A stretch of 63,348 nt of DNA, counting the filler. It is 3 parts of 3 records of this genome, joined end to end, with 100 filler letters (N's around TTAATTAATTAA, not from the genome) between each part and the next. Parts side by side here need not be neighbours in the genome. Positions count along the whole stretch, not along the records: positions 1 to 26,275 come from SRR20825006_548; 2 more parts are not named here. One strand, given 5' to 3'. A model generated the notes under the pieces. It ran no database searches. It was given only the letters and a program-made list of their open reading frames with translations, and was not told the origin of the DNA. Below are positions 1 through 9,586 of the stretch, one piece after another. Both the position numbers and the translations under genes were made by a program. Position 1 is the stretch's first letter. Each line of letters begins with the position of its first letter.

Positions 1-157
1 TGCGGGCCAGCTTGGAAGACCCGGAGGGCGCGGCCTTAAGCGCACATCTGCTGCGCCTTGCCTCTAAGAAAGGGAACCACCCTGTCTGTCGAGACAAGGC
101 ACAACAGCTGCACGCTTAAGGTCACGCTGAGCACGCAAGGAGTTATTCAGAGGTTCC
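1..157. mobile_element. Partial MITE-like / REP-like element at the contig start
   Basis: Long imperfect inverted repeat (34-64 CCTTAAGCGCACATCTGCTGCGCCTTGCCTC vs 91-121 GAGACAAGGCACAACAGCTGCACGCTTAAGG). The right end reads GGAACCTCTGAATAAC on the minus strand (157-142), directly abutting the stop codon of the next gene, and resembles IS5-group terminal repeats. The contig begins inside it. Confidence 0.5.
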
Positions 158-1222
158 TCAACGCCGCCGCACCAGGCCATCTTCCAGCACCTGCTCAAAG
201 TGGTCTTTGAGGGTCTCGCTGGCTGCGCGGTAGTTCACACCCAGCGCTTTGCTGCGGCTGTTATCGAAGCGCAGCGGGTAACCCACGTTACGACTGATGA
301 ACTTGCGGGTCACCGGGCCCATGAATGGGCCGACCGCCCAGACTACCGGCTTGGGCACCTTCATCATCGGGAAGGGATACTTGCGGCCAAATTGCTTGCG
401 CAGAATGGCGGCGATGTCGAGCATGGTGACCGACTCGCTAACCAGAATATAGCGGCCTTCGGCATCCTGATTAAAGGCGCCCAACAGATGCGCCTGAGCC
501 ACTTCACGCACATCCACCATGCCGTATTCCAGGTCCGGCACACCGGTACGCAGCTTGCCGCGCCCCATGTCCAACAGGGTGCCGATACTGGCGGAGTTGC
601 TGGCGTTGGTGAGTGACGGGCCATACACCATGCCCGGGTTGATGGTGACCAGATCCCAACGGCTGGCAGCATCGCCGCTCTGGGCATCATGAATTTTCCA
701 GGCTTCACGCTCGGCAGCCACCTTGGAATATTGATACGGGTTGTGGTCAACGCTGCTGGTGCGGTTCCAGTCCGCTTCCGTGAAGGCGCTCTTGCCTTTC
801 ATGTCGGTGGCGTCACCGTACACGGACGCCACGCTGCTGGTGAGCACCACCCGCTTGAGAGTGTCGCAGCGATTAGCGGCATTCAGCACATTGCGGGTGC
901 CTTCCACGGCCGGGCGTACCAGCGCTTCATGGGCATCGGTAAAGCCCTCCAGCACGAACGGCGAGGCGGTGTGCATGAGGATATCGCAACCCTGCATGGG
1001 CGCATCGAAACTGTCCGCATCCAGCAAATCTGCCTTGAACAGCTTCAGGGTGCCGGGCGTCTTGTCGGCGATGGCGTTGAGGTGGGCCACACTGCTGGCC
1101 TTGTTCGGGTCACGAACGGTGGCATGCACGGTGTGACCCGCTTCCAGCAGGAGTTTGACGATCCAGCCTGCTATATAGCCGGAGGCGCCGGTAATCATCA
1201 CGGTATGGGTGTTACTGGGCAT
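158..1222 (-). CDS. NAD-dependent epimerase/dehydratase (dihydroflavonol-4-reductase / aldehyde reductase-like extended SDR)
   Basis: N-terminal TGASGYIA Rossmann motif, HTASPF, TSSVAS, catalytic YQYSK (YxxxK). Confidence 0.9.
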   Translation of the reverse strand: MPSNTHTVMITGASGYIAGWIVKLLLEAGHTVHATVRDPNKASSVAHLNAIADKTPGTLKLFKADLLDADSFDAPMQGCDILMHTASPFVLEGFTDAHEALVRPAVEGTRNVLNAANRCDTLKRVVLTSSVASVYGDATDMKGKSAFTEADWNRTSSVDHNPYQYSKVAAEREAWKIHDAQSGDAASRWDLVTINPGMVYGPSLTNASNSASIGTLLDMGRGKLRTGVPDLEYGMVDVREVAQAHLLGAFNQDAEGRYILVSESVTMLDIAAILRKQFGRKYPFPMMKVPKPVVWAVGPFMGPVTRKFISRNVGYPLRFDNSRSKALGVNYRAASETLKDHFEQVLEDGLVRRR

Positions 1223-1337
1223 GCTTGGCTCCTGCCATAAAAAAGAGGGCTAACGCTACCACGATGGAGGGACAGAACGACTAGGGCTGTTCGCGCCATT
1301 TGGCGTCACTACCTGGCGGACAGCCCTGCAAACGGGG

Positions 1338-1760
1338 TCAGCTGTTCCACCGCGCCCGGTTGAACTGCATCCAGACGGCCAGCCCCAGCCCCCAGGCAGC
1401 ATTGACGATCAGACCACCCACCACTTTGGTGGCATTCACATCCAGGCCTTTCATGGGAAAGACCAGCAGCATGGCGACCAGGGTCGGACCGATGGCACCG
1501 ATGACCATGGCGCTGAGCCAGAATTTCATCCCCTGCCAACGGCGGATAATCCACCACACCGGCAAGCCCCACACACCACCCCAGAAGGCCAGGGAAATCA
1601 CTTGAGGCACACCCAGTGGCGGCACCGGGGTCATGTTCCATGGAAAGGCAGGGATAAGACCGCCCAGCCAGAACAGCGCCAGCACGCCCTGATGAAAAAG
1701 CAGAGTGGCGAGAAAACCACCGGTGAAGGCCTGCAGCCATTGTTGTTTTGGGTTAACCAT
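1338..1760 (-). CDS. Conserved hypothetical integral membrane protein (about 4 TM helices)
   Basis: Hydrophobic 140-aa ORF with GGAG RBS upstream; Trp/Gly-rich TM segments. Confidence 0.75.
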   Translation of the reverse strand: MVNPKQQWLQAFTGGFLATLLFHQGVLALFWLGGLIPAFPWNMTPVPPLGVPQVISLAFWGGVWGLPVWWIIRRWQGMKFWLSAMVIGAIGPTLVAMLLVFPMKGLDVNATKVVGGLIVNAAWGLGLAVWMQFNRARWNS

Positions 1761-1902
1761 GGAATCTCCGTCGGATTATGCTATCAGATCAGCAGATAGA
1801 CGCTAGCATAGCCCACAACAGAAAAACGTGAGAGCCAAATCGCGGGGCTCGCTCTGGATATTATGAAAAGGTCGAAGGGTAAAACAGAGGAAGCATGCCG
1901 GA

Positions 1903-1929
1903 TAACAAAAACCCCGGCCAAGGCCGGGG
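1903..1929 (-). terminator. Orphan Rho-independent terminator
   Basis: Minus strand CCCCGGCC-TT-GGCCGGGG followed by TTTTTGTTA; no credible CDS ends upstream of it on this strand. Confidence 0.75.
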
Positions 1930-2057
1930 AAAACGAGGAACCAGCAGCAGTATTCGAGTTCGCTGTGTTAATTTTCAGACAAGGTGCAAATGCACCCTCT
2001 ATCACCTGAGATAAACACCTGCCCTACCGGGATAAGAATTGATACGCAGTTTTTAAT
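1903..2057 (-). ncRNA. Candidate ~150-nt small RNA
   Basis: Bounded by a -10-like TAGAAT (minus strand, 2069-2064) and the orphan terminator; internal hairpin GGTGCATTTGCACC; CU-rich single-stranded tract (GGTTCCTCGTTTT) before the terminator. Confidence 0.4.
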
Positions 2058-2112
2058 TCGGAAATTCTACCTAGCAAGAGGTCAAATTATGACCACAACG
2101 TCAAACTTCGTC

Positions 2113-2130
2113 TGTAAGCCTTCTCTTACT
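2113..2130. promoter_or_regulatory. GacA/UvrY-box-like upstream activating sequence
   Basis: TGTAAG-CCTTCT-CTTACT, one mismatch from the TGTAAG-N6-CTTACA consensus. Confidence 0.45.
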
Positions 2131-2194
2131 TTCCCATAGGAACTTAACCATTCCGTCCCGTTTTTTCCGGTATGCTCCTCCATGACGCAGCCGG

Positions 2195-2800
2195 ATGCCT
2201 TACATGACAACGACACAACCGCCCCTCAACGACATCGCCCACATGTTCAGCCGGGCCTTTTTCCACGACCCCCTCTTTGTCTACTTCTTCCCGAACCCGT
2301 CGCAACGTGAAGCGCGGGCGTACTACACTTTCCGTTTTCTGGTGGCCCATGCCAGCCAAAACGGTCAGGTACACACCGCCCAGCAACCGCAGGATGGCGC
2401 CGCTGTCTGGCTGCCATCGTCAGCCCTGCGGCACAGCGTGGCCGATATGCTGCGCTTCGGCGCGGTGCGCGCCATGCTCAAGCAAGGCCTCGGCGCGATG
2501 AAACGCCAGATGCAAGCAGGCGAGGCCATGCAGGCGGTACACCACCGTGCTATCAATGCGCCTCATGCATACCTGCTGCTACTCGGCATCGATCCGTCGC
2601 AACAGGGGCGCGGGCTATCGACACCGCTGTTACAGCCCTCTCTGGATCGACTGGATGAGCAAGGCCTGCCCTGCTATCTGGATACCCATAACCCGAACAA
2701 TGTGTCCCTGTATCAACGGTTCGGTTTTGAGGTCGTGCATGAAGATGAGATCCCCGGGACCTCGGTACGACATTGGGCCATGTTGCGGCAGTGCAAATAG
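2195..2800 (+). CDS. GNAT family N-acetyltransferase
   Basis: LGIDPSQQGRGLS acetyl-CoA motif A, YLDT, NVSLYQRFGF motif B. Confidence 0.9.
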   Translation: MPYMTTTQPPLNDIAHMFSRAFFHDPLFVYFFPNPSQREARAYYTFRFLVAHASQNGQVHTAQQPQDGAAVWLPSSALRHSVADMLRFGAVRAMLKQGLGAMKRQMQAGEAMQAVHHRAINAPHAYLLLLGIDPSQQGRGLSTPLLQPSLDRLDEQGLPCYLDTHNPNNVSLYQRFGFEVVHEDEIPGTSVRHWAMLRQCK

Positions 2801-2835
2801 CCTCGTCACTTGGCGTAAAGAGTCTGATACAGATT

Positions 2836-2874
2836 AAAAAAACCACCGCCCCCTTTCAGGAACGGTGGTTTTTT
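2836..2874. terminator. Bidirectional Rho-independent terminator between convergent genes
   Basis: AAAAAAACCACCG...CGGTGGTTTTTT hairpin with A and T tails. Confidence 0.8.
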
Positions 2875-2915
2875 AGGGAGCCTCTGAGAAAGGCCCTTGG
2901 TCAATTTATTGGTCT

Positions 2916-4112
2916 TTATTCCATTTCGGCAACGGGGCGCCAGATACCATCCTGAACCTGAGACAGAATAATCCCGCTACCTGCACGGTGATTACTCTCG
3001 CTCATTTCCGTCTCCACGCCGGTTACCTTGTCACTGAATTTCAGTGATTCCAGGGCATCCAGGAAAGATTCTGTGGTCAGGTCCGGGCCGGCTTCGCGCA
3101 GGGCATTGATGGTGAGCATGGCACCAACACGACCGAGTACAGCGCCACCACTGGGCAGTTCACCATACTGCTCCTTGTAGGCTTTGCCCCACTCCTCAGC
3201 TTCCGGCACATGGGTCATGCGGCTGACGATGTCCTCCCAGGAAGCAACACCGTACAACCCTTCGGTAACACCACCCGGTGCCGCCGCAACGGCAGAGTGG
3301 AAGCCCGCCTGGGATACGATGAACTTGGCATCATCCCAACCCATCTGTTTGGCTGTCGCGACGACGGTGATAATGGGGCGCACGGGCAGGGCTACCGCTA
3401 CCAGTTCGCAGTTGGCATCGCGCAGGCGCGCCAGCGTACCGCTGAAATCACTTTCATCCGGGCGATGCGAAGAGCTCTCGGCCAGAGTCAGTGCATCGTT
3501 GGCGTTTGCTGCATCGTTAACCGCCTGGTTCACCTCTTCACCGAAGTCAGAGGGAATATACATCACACAAATTTTTTCAATGCCCTCGTCTTCCACCAAC
3601 CGGTTCACGCCCTGCAATACGCCCTCGTAATAGCTGGGGCCGAGCACGTAGCGGTAGCGGAAGTCCCCTTCTTCTTCCATCTGCCGGGAAAGCGATAACG
3701 GCAGAACGCTGGGAACCTTGTTGCGGTCCATGATCGGAAACGCCGCCAGGTTATGGGGTGTCCCCAGACTCATCAGCATGGCAAAAACTTCATCACGGCT
3801 AACCAGTTTGTTCACCGCCTGTGTTGCCTTGGGAACCTGATAGGCATGGTCTTCAACGATATAACGAATCTTGCGGCCATGAATGCCGCCCTGTTCGTTC
3901 ACTTCTTCGAACATGTCGTTGGCCACTTGCACGGCCGGTGAAGAAAACGCTGCGAATACCCCGGACAGGTCGTGCATGCCGCCAATTCTGATTTCAGTGT
4001 CGGTCACGCCACGCACCGATTCGGCTGCGGCTTTGTCGTCTTCCTTGTTATTGTTGTCACTGCAGCCCACAAGGGCCATGGCGGTTACAGCCGCCAGACA
4101 GAGCTTCTTCAT
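2916..4112 (-). CDS. Liv/HAAT-family ABC transporter substrate-binding lipoprotein
   Basis: Start MKKLCL with lipobox LVGC; RGVTDTEIRIG and GGIHGRKI motifs of periplasmic binding protein type 1. Confidence 0.88.
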   Translation of the reverse strand: MKKLCLAAVTAMALVGCSDNNNKEDDKAAAESVRGVTDTEIRIGGMHDLSGVFAAFSSPAVQVANDMFEEVNEQGGIHGRKIRYIVEDHAYQVPKATQAVNKLVSRDEVFAMLMSLGTPHNLAAFPIMDRNKVPSVLPLSLSRQMEEEGDFRYRYVLGPSYYEGVLQGVNRLVEDEGIEKICVMYIPSDFGEEVNQAVNDAANANDALTLAESSSHRPDESDFSGTLARLRDANCELVAVALPVRPIITVVATAKQMGWDDAKFIVSQAGFHSAVAAAPGGVTEGLYGVASWEDIVSRMTHVPEAEEWGKAYKEQYGELPSGGAVLGRVGAMLTINALREAGPDLTTESFLDALESLKFSDKVTGVETEMSESNHRAGSGIILSQVQDGIWRPVAEME

Positions 4113-4134
4113 GATGCACTCTCCTCTCGTACCA

Positions 4135-5949
4135 TCAGTACATGGAATCAATCAGGTGCTTGTGTTTTTTCTCCACGAAGGAACGCTTCAGCTTCATGGT
4201 TGCGGTTAGCTCCTCATCCTCAGCGGTGAGCAGCACATCGATCAGGCGGAAATACTTGATCTGTTCCACCTGGGCGAATTGTTTATTCACGTCCTGAATA
4301 ACACTGTCGATGAGGTCCAGTACTTCCTTGGCACGACACAGTGACGCAAAGTTGGAAAACGGTACCTGACGATCCTGGGCATATTTCTCCACGTTTTCCT
4401 GATCAATCATGATCAGGCAAGTGAGATACTTGCGCTTGTCGCCAATCACCACGGCATCAGAAATATAGGGCGAGAACTTCATCCGGCTTTCAATTTCTGC
4501 GGGGGTAATGTTCTTGCCCCCTGCGGTGATAATGATGTCCTTGAGACGGCCGGTAATAGTAAGCATGCCTTCTTCCAGGCGCCCCACATCCCCGGTATGC
4601 AGCCAGCCATCGCGGATGTCTTCGGCGGTTTTTTCGGGTTTTCGCCAGTAACCGGCAAAGACGTGGTCACCGCGCACCAGCACTTCACCGTTGTCGGCAA
4701 TGCGCACTTCGGTTCCGGGCAGCGCTTCACCCACGGTGCCCACCTTCTCGCGTTTGGCACTGTTCAACGAGGCCACACCGGTGGTCTCGGTCATGCCGTA
4801 GCCTTCGAACAAAGGCACCCCCAGTGACTGAAACCAGCGGATCTGTTCCGGTGCAATGGGCGCTGCGCCGGTAGTGCCACGCCGCAGACGGTTCATGCCG
4901 ATCAGATCACGCACATTACGCAACACCAACAGGTTCCAGAACTGATATTGCAGGGCGGAAAACGGGTTGCGTTTGCGATCACAATGCCAGGCTTCACCAG
5001 CGGCCACAGCCCGATCGAAACACCAGCGGCCGAACCCGGTGGCTTCATCACGCAGGGTCATCATGGAGCTATAGATTTTTTCCCACAGGCGCGGCACGGC
5101 GGCAAAGGTATGGGGAGACACTTCGCGCAGGTTTTCAAATACGGTTTCCGGGCTTTCCGCAAAGTTCACCGTGCAGCCTTTGTAGATGGGCAGCTCCACT
5201 GACACCAACCGTTCCAGAATATGGCACAGGGGCAGGAAGCACAGCTGATCATCGTCTTCATGGGCATCGAGCACCTGCTCGCCGGCGGCCAGCTGGAACA
5301 GCACATTGCGATGACTGATCATGGCCCCCTTGGGTGCCCCGGTGGTGCCGGACGTGTAGATCAGCATGCGGATATCATCGGGCTGGCTCTGGGCAATGCA
5401 GGTGCTGAACTGCTCTTCTGCATCCGGGATCTGTTCACCCAGTGCGTAAAGCTCATCCAGGAACATGACCATGGGATCGTCAAAATCCCGTAGCCCTTTG
5501 CGGTCATAAACAATGACTTTTTTCAGGGTCGGCACCTGATCACGCACGGTCAGGTACTTGTCCAACTGTTCATCGTTTTCCACAAACAGGAAGGCCGATT
5601 CGCTGTCATTGACCAGGTAAGCCAGCTGCTCGGGGCTGTCGGTGGTGTAGACGCCGTTACTGATGCCGCCCGCACCGGCAATACCCAGATCGCAGTACAG
5701 CCATTCCTTGTTGTCTTCGCTGAGAATGGATACCGGCTGGCCGCGCTCCAGCCCAAGGGACAAGAGCGCAACGCCAATGGCACGGGCTTTTTCGTAATAA
5801 TCCAGCCAACTATGGCTTTGCCAGATGCCCAGATCCTTTTCGCGATGGGCAATACTGTTGCCCCGCTCCAGACATTGCTTGCGCCAGAGTTTGACCACGG
5901 TATCGCAACCGTGGAGCTGAGTCGGTGTGGTGTTATTTTTAGTCATCAT
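4135..5949 (-). CDS. Long-chain-fatty-acid--CoA ligase (AMP-dependent synthetase, FadD15-like)
   Basis: IYTSGTTGAPKG, EGYGMTET, GWLHTGD, GRLKDIIITAGGKN, ELTATMKLKR motifs. Confidence 0.92.
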   Translation of the reverse strand: MMTKNNTTPTQLHGCDTVVKLWRKQCLERGNSIAHREKDLGIWQSHSWLDYYEKARAIGVALLSLGLERGQPVSILSEDNKEWLYCDLGIAGAGGISNGVYTTDSPEQLAYLVNDSESAFLFVENDEQLDKYLTVRDQVPTLKKVIVYDRKGLRDFDDPMVMFLDELYALGEQIPDAEEQFSTCIAQSQPDDIRMLIYTSGTTGAPKGAMISHRNVLFQLAAGEQVLDAHEDDDQLCFLPLCHILERLVSVELPIYKGCTVNFAESPETVFENLREVSPHTFAAVPRLWEKIYSSMMTLRDEATGFGRWCFDRAVAAGEAWHCDRKRNPFSALQYQFWNLLVLRNVRDLIGMNRLRRGTTGAAPIAPEQIRWFQSLGVPLFEGYGMTETTGVASLNSAKREKVGTVGEALPGTEVRIADNGEVLVRGDHVFAGYWRKPEKTAEDIRDGWLHTGDVGRLEEGMLTITGRLKDIIITAGGKNITPAEIESRMKFSPYISDAVVIGDKRKYLTCLIMIDQENVEKYAQDRQVPFSNFASLCRAKEVLDLIDSVIQDVNKQFAQVEQIKYFRLIDVLLTAEDEELTATMKLKRSFVEKKHKHLIDSMY

Positions 5950-6749
5950 CAGCGCCAGGTCTTCTTTCGTTTCCAGCGTTTTTCCGGTCGGTCATCCCCC
6001 GCCGACTGGCCCAGATAAAATTCACGAATATCGTCGCTGGCGAGTAGATCCTCGGCAGTGCCATCCATGACAATGCGCCCGGTTTCCAGTACGTAGCCAT
6101 GGTCCGCCGTATTCAGCGCCACCTGGGCATTCTGCTCTACCAGCAATAACGTAACGCCCTGCTCTTTATTGAGCCGGCGAATAATCTGGAAGATTTCCTG
6201 CACCAGCAGTGGCGACAGGCCCAGCGAAGGCTCATCCAGCAGCATCAATGAAGGGCGCGACATGAGACCACGGCCAATGGCCAGCATTTGCTGCTGACCG
6301 CCGGACAAGGTGCCTGCTGCCTGGCTACGGCGCTCTTTCAGAATAGGGAAATAGTCATAAACCATTTCGATATCCTGGCGGACGGCGGCCTTGTCACGGC
6401 GAATATAGGCGCCCATGACCAGGTTTTCTTCCACGCTCAGGAAAGGGAATACCTCTCGCCCTTCGGGTACATGGGCAATGCCTTTTCGTACCAGCTTGTC
6501 CGGCTCGCTGCCGTCGATGGTTTCACCGGCCAGGGTGACGCTGCCTTTGCGCGGTGCCAACGCACCGGAAATGGTTTTCATCAGGGTCGTCTTGCCAGCA
6601 CCGTTGGCACCCAGGATGGTGACCACCGAACCTTCATGGACATCGATGGACACCCCGCGCAGCGCCATCACCGGGCCATAAAACGCTTCCAGATTTTTCA
6701 CCTGCAACAGGGGCTGGGCGCTCTGGGGTTTCTCTGCCGCGTTACTCAT
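5949..6749 (-). CDS. ABC ATP-binding protein, LivF-like
   Basis: Walker A GANGAGKT, LSGGQQQM signature, LLDEPSLGL, VEQN. Confidence 0.93.
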   Translation of the reverse strand: MSNAAEKPQSAQPLLQVKNLEAFYGPVMALRGVSIDVHEGSVVTILGANGAGKTTLMKTISGALAPRKGSVTLAGETIDGSEPDKLVRKGIAHVPEGREVFPFLSVEENLVMGAYIRRDKAAVRQDIEMVYDYFPILKERRSQAAGTLSGGQQQMLAIGRGLMSRPSLMLLDEPSLGLSPLLVQEIFQIIRRLNKEQGVTLLLVEQNAQVALNTADHGYVLETGRIVMDGTAEDLLASDDIREFYLGQSAGDDRPEKRWKRKKTWR

Positions 6750-7516
6750 GATGTAGCCTCCGTACCCAGATACGCTTCAATCACTTTCGGGTTCGCCTGC
6801 ACTTCGGCAGCGGTACCCATGGCTAGCGGGTGGCCTTCTGCCACCGCCAGCACCCGGTCGGAGACACGCGACACCAGGCTCATATCGTGCTCCACCATCA
6901 GTACGGTAAGCCCCAGATCTTTCTGCATGTCCTCAATCCACCAGGCCATGTTCTGGGTTTCTTCCACACTAAGCCCGGAGGCCGGCTCATCCAGCAGAAT
7001 CAATTTCGGTTCACTGGCCAGTGCACGGGCAATTTCCACCACCTTGCGCACCCCGTAAGGCAGCCCGGCGATTAATTTGTCCCGGTACGGCGCCAGATCC
7101 AGAAAATCGATAACCTCTTCCACCAACAGGCGCTGTTCACGCTCACTGCGTCTTACCTTGGGCAAAAACAGCAACTCTTCGAACCAGCGGGTTTGCCGGC
7201 GGCAATGCCGGCCGATCAGCAGGTTCTGCAAGACCGAGGAGTGATCGAACAACTCGATATTCTGGAAGGTGCGGGCGATCCCCAGCCCGGCCACGTCGTG
7301 GGCAGGCAAGCCAGTGATATCCTGGCCATCGAAGATGATCTGCCCCGCACTCGGTTCATAAAGGCGGCTAATCAGATTGAAGATAGTGGATTTACCGGCC
7401 CCATTGGGCCCCACCAGAGTAAAGACTTCACCGGCTTCCACGTGGAAGCTGACGCCATCCACCGCTTTAACGCCCCCGAAGGAAATGGAAAGATCCTTAA
7501 CCTGTAACAGACTCAT
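6746..7516 (-). CDS. ABC ATP-binding protein, LivG-like
   Basis: GPNGAGKST, ARTFQN, LPYG, LDEPASG, VEHDM, VIEAYLG. Confidence 0.93.
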   Translation of the reverse strand: MSLLQVKDLSISFGGVKAVDGVSFHVEAGEVFTLVGPNGAGKSTIFNLISRLYEPSAGQIIFDGQDITGLPAHDVAGLGIARTFQNIELFDHSSVLQNLLIGRHCRRQTRWFEELLFLPKVRRSEREQRLLVEEVIDFLDLAPYRDKLIAGLPYGVRKVVEIARALASEPKLILLDEPASGLSVEETQNMAWWIEDMQKDLGLTVLMVEHDMSLVSRVSDRVLAVAEGHPLAMGTAAEVQANPKVIEAYLGTEATS

Positions 7517-8610
7517 CGTTGGCGCTCCGTTTTCAGGTAAGTTCTGGTACGTCGGAACATACCCTTGCGATACAAGGGAAACAGTTGCAGCCAGGTGCGC
7601 ACCTTGAACCAGACTCCGTAGAGCCCGCGGGGCTCGTAAATCACCATGAGCAGGATCAACAACGCGAACAGTGCCGTATCGAGACCAGGATAGGCCGCGA
7701 TCTGTATACCCGCAGTGTTATCCAGGTAATCACTGGCAATCGCGATAACTTGTGGCAACAGCACCACCACGATGGCACCGAAGAACGCGCCGTGTACTGA
7801 ACCCAACCCGCCAATCACCACCTGCAACAGCAAGGTGATGGAAATCAGCACCAGGAAGCTTTCATAGTTCACCGCCTGAGCCAGGTGAGCGTAAAGCGCA
7901 CCTGCCAGCCCGGTAATGGCACAGGACAAGCTGAACGCCAGGGTTTTGGCGCGGGCCACATTGACGCCAAGCGCACGGGCAGAGACTTCGCTGTCACGCA
8001 CTGCCAGAAAAGACCGGCCCGAAGCACTACGCAGCAAGTTCAGGTAGCCCAGCGTCACCAGCACCAGCACCCCCAGACAGAGATAATAGAAAGCCTCTGG
8101 CGTGGCGTAACGGTCGATCTCCATGCCGAACAGGTTGATGGGGGGCGCAAACACACCGGCGACCCCACCGGTCACCGGCTCGGCCATGATCGACACATCC
8201 TCCACAATGATGCTCAGCGCCAGGGTGGCAATGCCCAGATAGATGCCGCTCATACGCAGTATCGGCCGGGCAATGACGGCGCCGGCGATTCCGGAGGTCA
8301 CCGCACTGGCCAGCAACGCAGGCACGAAATGCCAGCCACGCTGCATCAGTGCCAGATTGGTAAAGGCACCGATCGCCATAAACGCTGCATGGCCAAGGCT
8401 GACTTGCCCGGTGTGGCCACTGATCAGCATCAGCCCCAGCCCCGCCAGCGACCAGACCAGCACAGCAGTCAGTTCACCCAGATAGTAATTACCGAGCACC
8501 CAGGGCGCAGCCAGCAGCAGTGCGGCCAGTATCGCGTACTGGGCCATGTGCCAGCGGCCTTCAAACAGATTGATATCGTCGTCGTAACGGCTTTTAAAAC
8601 GGTTGCTCAT
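7513..8610 (-). CDS. ABC permease, LivM-like
   Basis: GQVSLGHAAF, AVRDSEVSARALGVN, IGGLGSVHG motifs. Confidence 0.92.
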   Translation of the reverse strand: MSNRFKSRYDDDINLFEGRWHMAQYAILAALLLAAPWVLGNYYLGELTAVLVWSLAGLGLMLISGHTGQVSLGHAAFMAIGAFTNLALMQRGWHFVPALLASAVTSGIAGAVIARPILRMSGIYLGIATLALSIIVEDVSIMAEPVTGGVAGVFAPPINLFGMEIDRYATPEAFYYLCLGVLVLVTLGYLNLLRSASGRSFLAVRDSEVSARALGVNVARAKTLAFSLSCAITGLAGALYAHLAQAVNYESFLVLISITLLLQVVIGGLGSVHGAFFGAIVVVLLPQVIAIASDYLDNTAGIQIAAYPGLDTALFALLILLMVIYEPRGLYGVWFKVRTWLQLFPLYRKGMFRRTRTYLKTERQR

Positions 8611-8613
8611 GGC

Positions 8614-9492
8614 CTACACCTTCTTCTGGCTGATCTGTGCAAACAGGCCGCCAGGGCGCAAGATCAGCACCAGCAACATCAGCACATAAGGAGCAATCTG
8701 ACCGACGCCAGAAGGCAAGTAACGGCCCGCGAACGGTTCCACGATGCCCACCAGCAACCCGCCCAGTAACGCACCTGGCAAGGACCCCAGCCCGCCGATT
8801 ACCGCCGCAGCAAACGCCTTGATGCCAAACAGCAGGCCCACCGATGGCTCAACCGCCCCCTTGGCGGCGAACATGACCCCGGCAATGGCGGCCACCACCC
8901 CGGACAGGGCCCAGACAATGGCGTTGATCCGCTTCACCGGAATGCCCATGTAGTAAGCGGCCATCTGATTCTGGCTACTGGCCTGCATGGCCACACCGAG
9001 GCGGGTGCGGGCAAAGAAGAAGTAAAGAATGGATGTGAGGGCCACGGTAGTAACGATGATCACCGCATCCACCACTGGAATGATCAGGTCACCAAATTCC
9101 CACACCTTGCCGACAAAAGGCGTTTGCAGGGAGGCGGGATCATGCCCCCAGATCACACCGGCGGCGAAGCGCATCAGAAAACCCAAAGCGATGGTGAGAA
9201 TCACCATGGCGAACTGCGGCTGACCAAAAATGGCGCGCAATACCAGGCGATCCAACAGGTAACCAAAGACCCCCAGAATCAGGGCGGCCAGAGTAATACC
9301 TATCAGGAATGGCAGGTCGGCGTATTCGGCATTGATGAAGGTAATGCCCAGAAAGGCCCCCAGCATCATCATGTCACCCTGCGCAAAGTTGACTGCTTCT
9401 GAGGCTTTGTAAATCAGTACAAAGCCCAGTGCCAGCAACCCGTAGATGCAGCCGTTAGCGACCCCGCTGACCAGCAGCTGGAGTATATCCAT
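8614..9492 (-). CDS. ABC permease, LivH-like
   Basis: VNFAQGD, TRLGVAMQA, KAFAAAVIGGLGS motifs. Confidence 0.92.
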   Translation of the reverse strand: MDILQLLVSGVANGCIYGLLALGFVLIYKASEAVNFAQGDMMMLGAFLGITFINAEYADLPFLIGITLAALILGVFGYLLDRLVLRAIFGQPQFAMVILTIALGFLMRFAAGVIWGHDPASLQTPFVGKVWEFGDLIIPVVDAVIIVTTVALTSILYFFFARTRLGVAMQASSQNQMAAYYMGIPVKRINAIVWALSGVVAAIAGVMFAAKGAVEPSVGLLFGIKAFAAAVIGGLGSLPGALLGGLLVGIVEPFAGRYLPSGVGQIAPYVLMLLVLILRPGGLFAQISQKKV

Positions 9493-9562
9493 GGTCCCTC
9501 TCTCCCGGGGGGTTTATTGTTCTGGTGTATTTTTATGCAGTTCTTTCGAGACTATCTGAAGC

Positions 9563-9586
9563 TTTACATTCTCTCCAGTATGTAAA
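9563..9586. promoter_or_regulatory. Candidate operator upstream of the Liv/acyl-CoA ligase operon
   Basis: Inverted repeat TTTACAT-N10-ATGTAAA about 70 bp upstream of the first start codon. Confidence 0.4.

Noticed and set aside
1784-2005. 73-aa minus-strand ORF across the sRNA candidate
   Set aside because: Runs through a strong terminator, lacks a convincing RBS and protein-like features.
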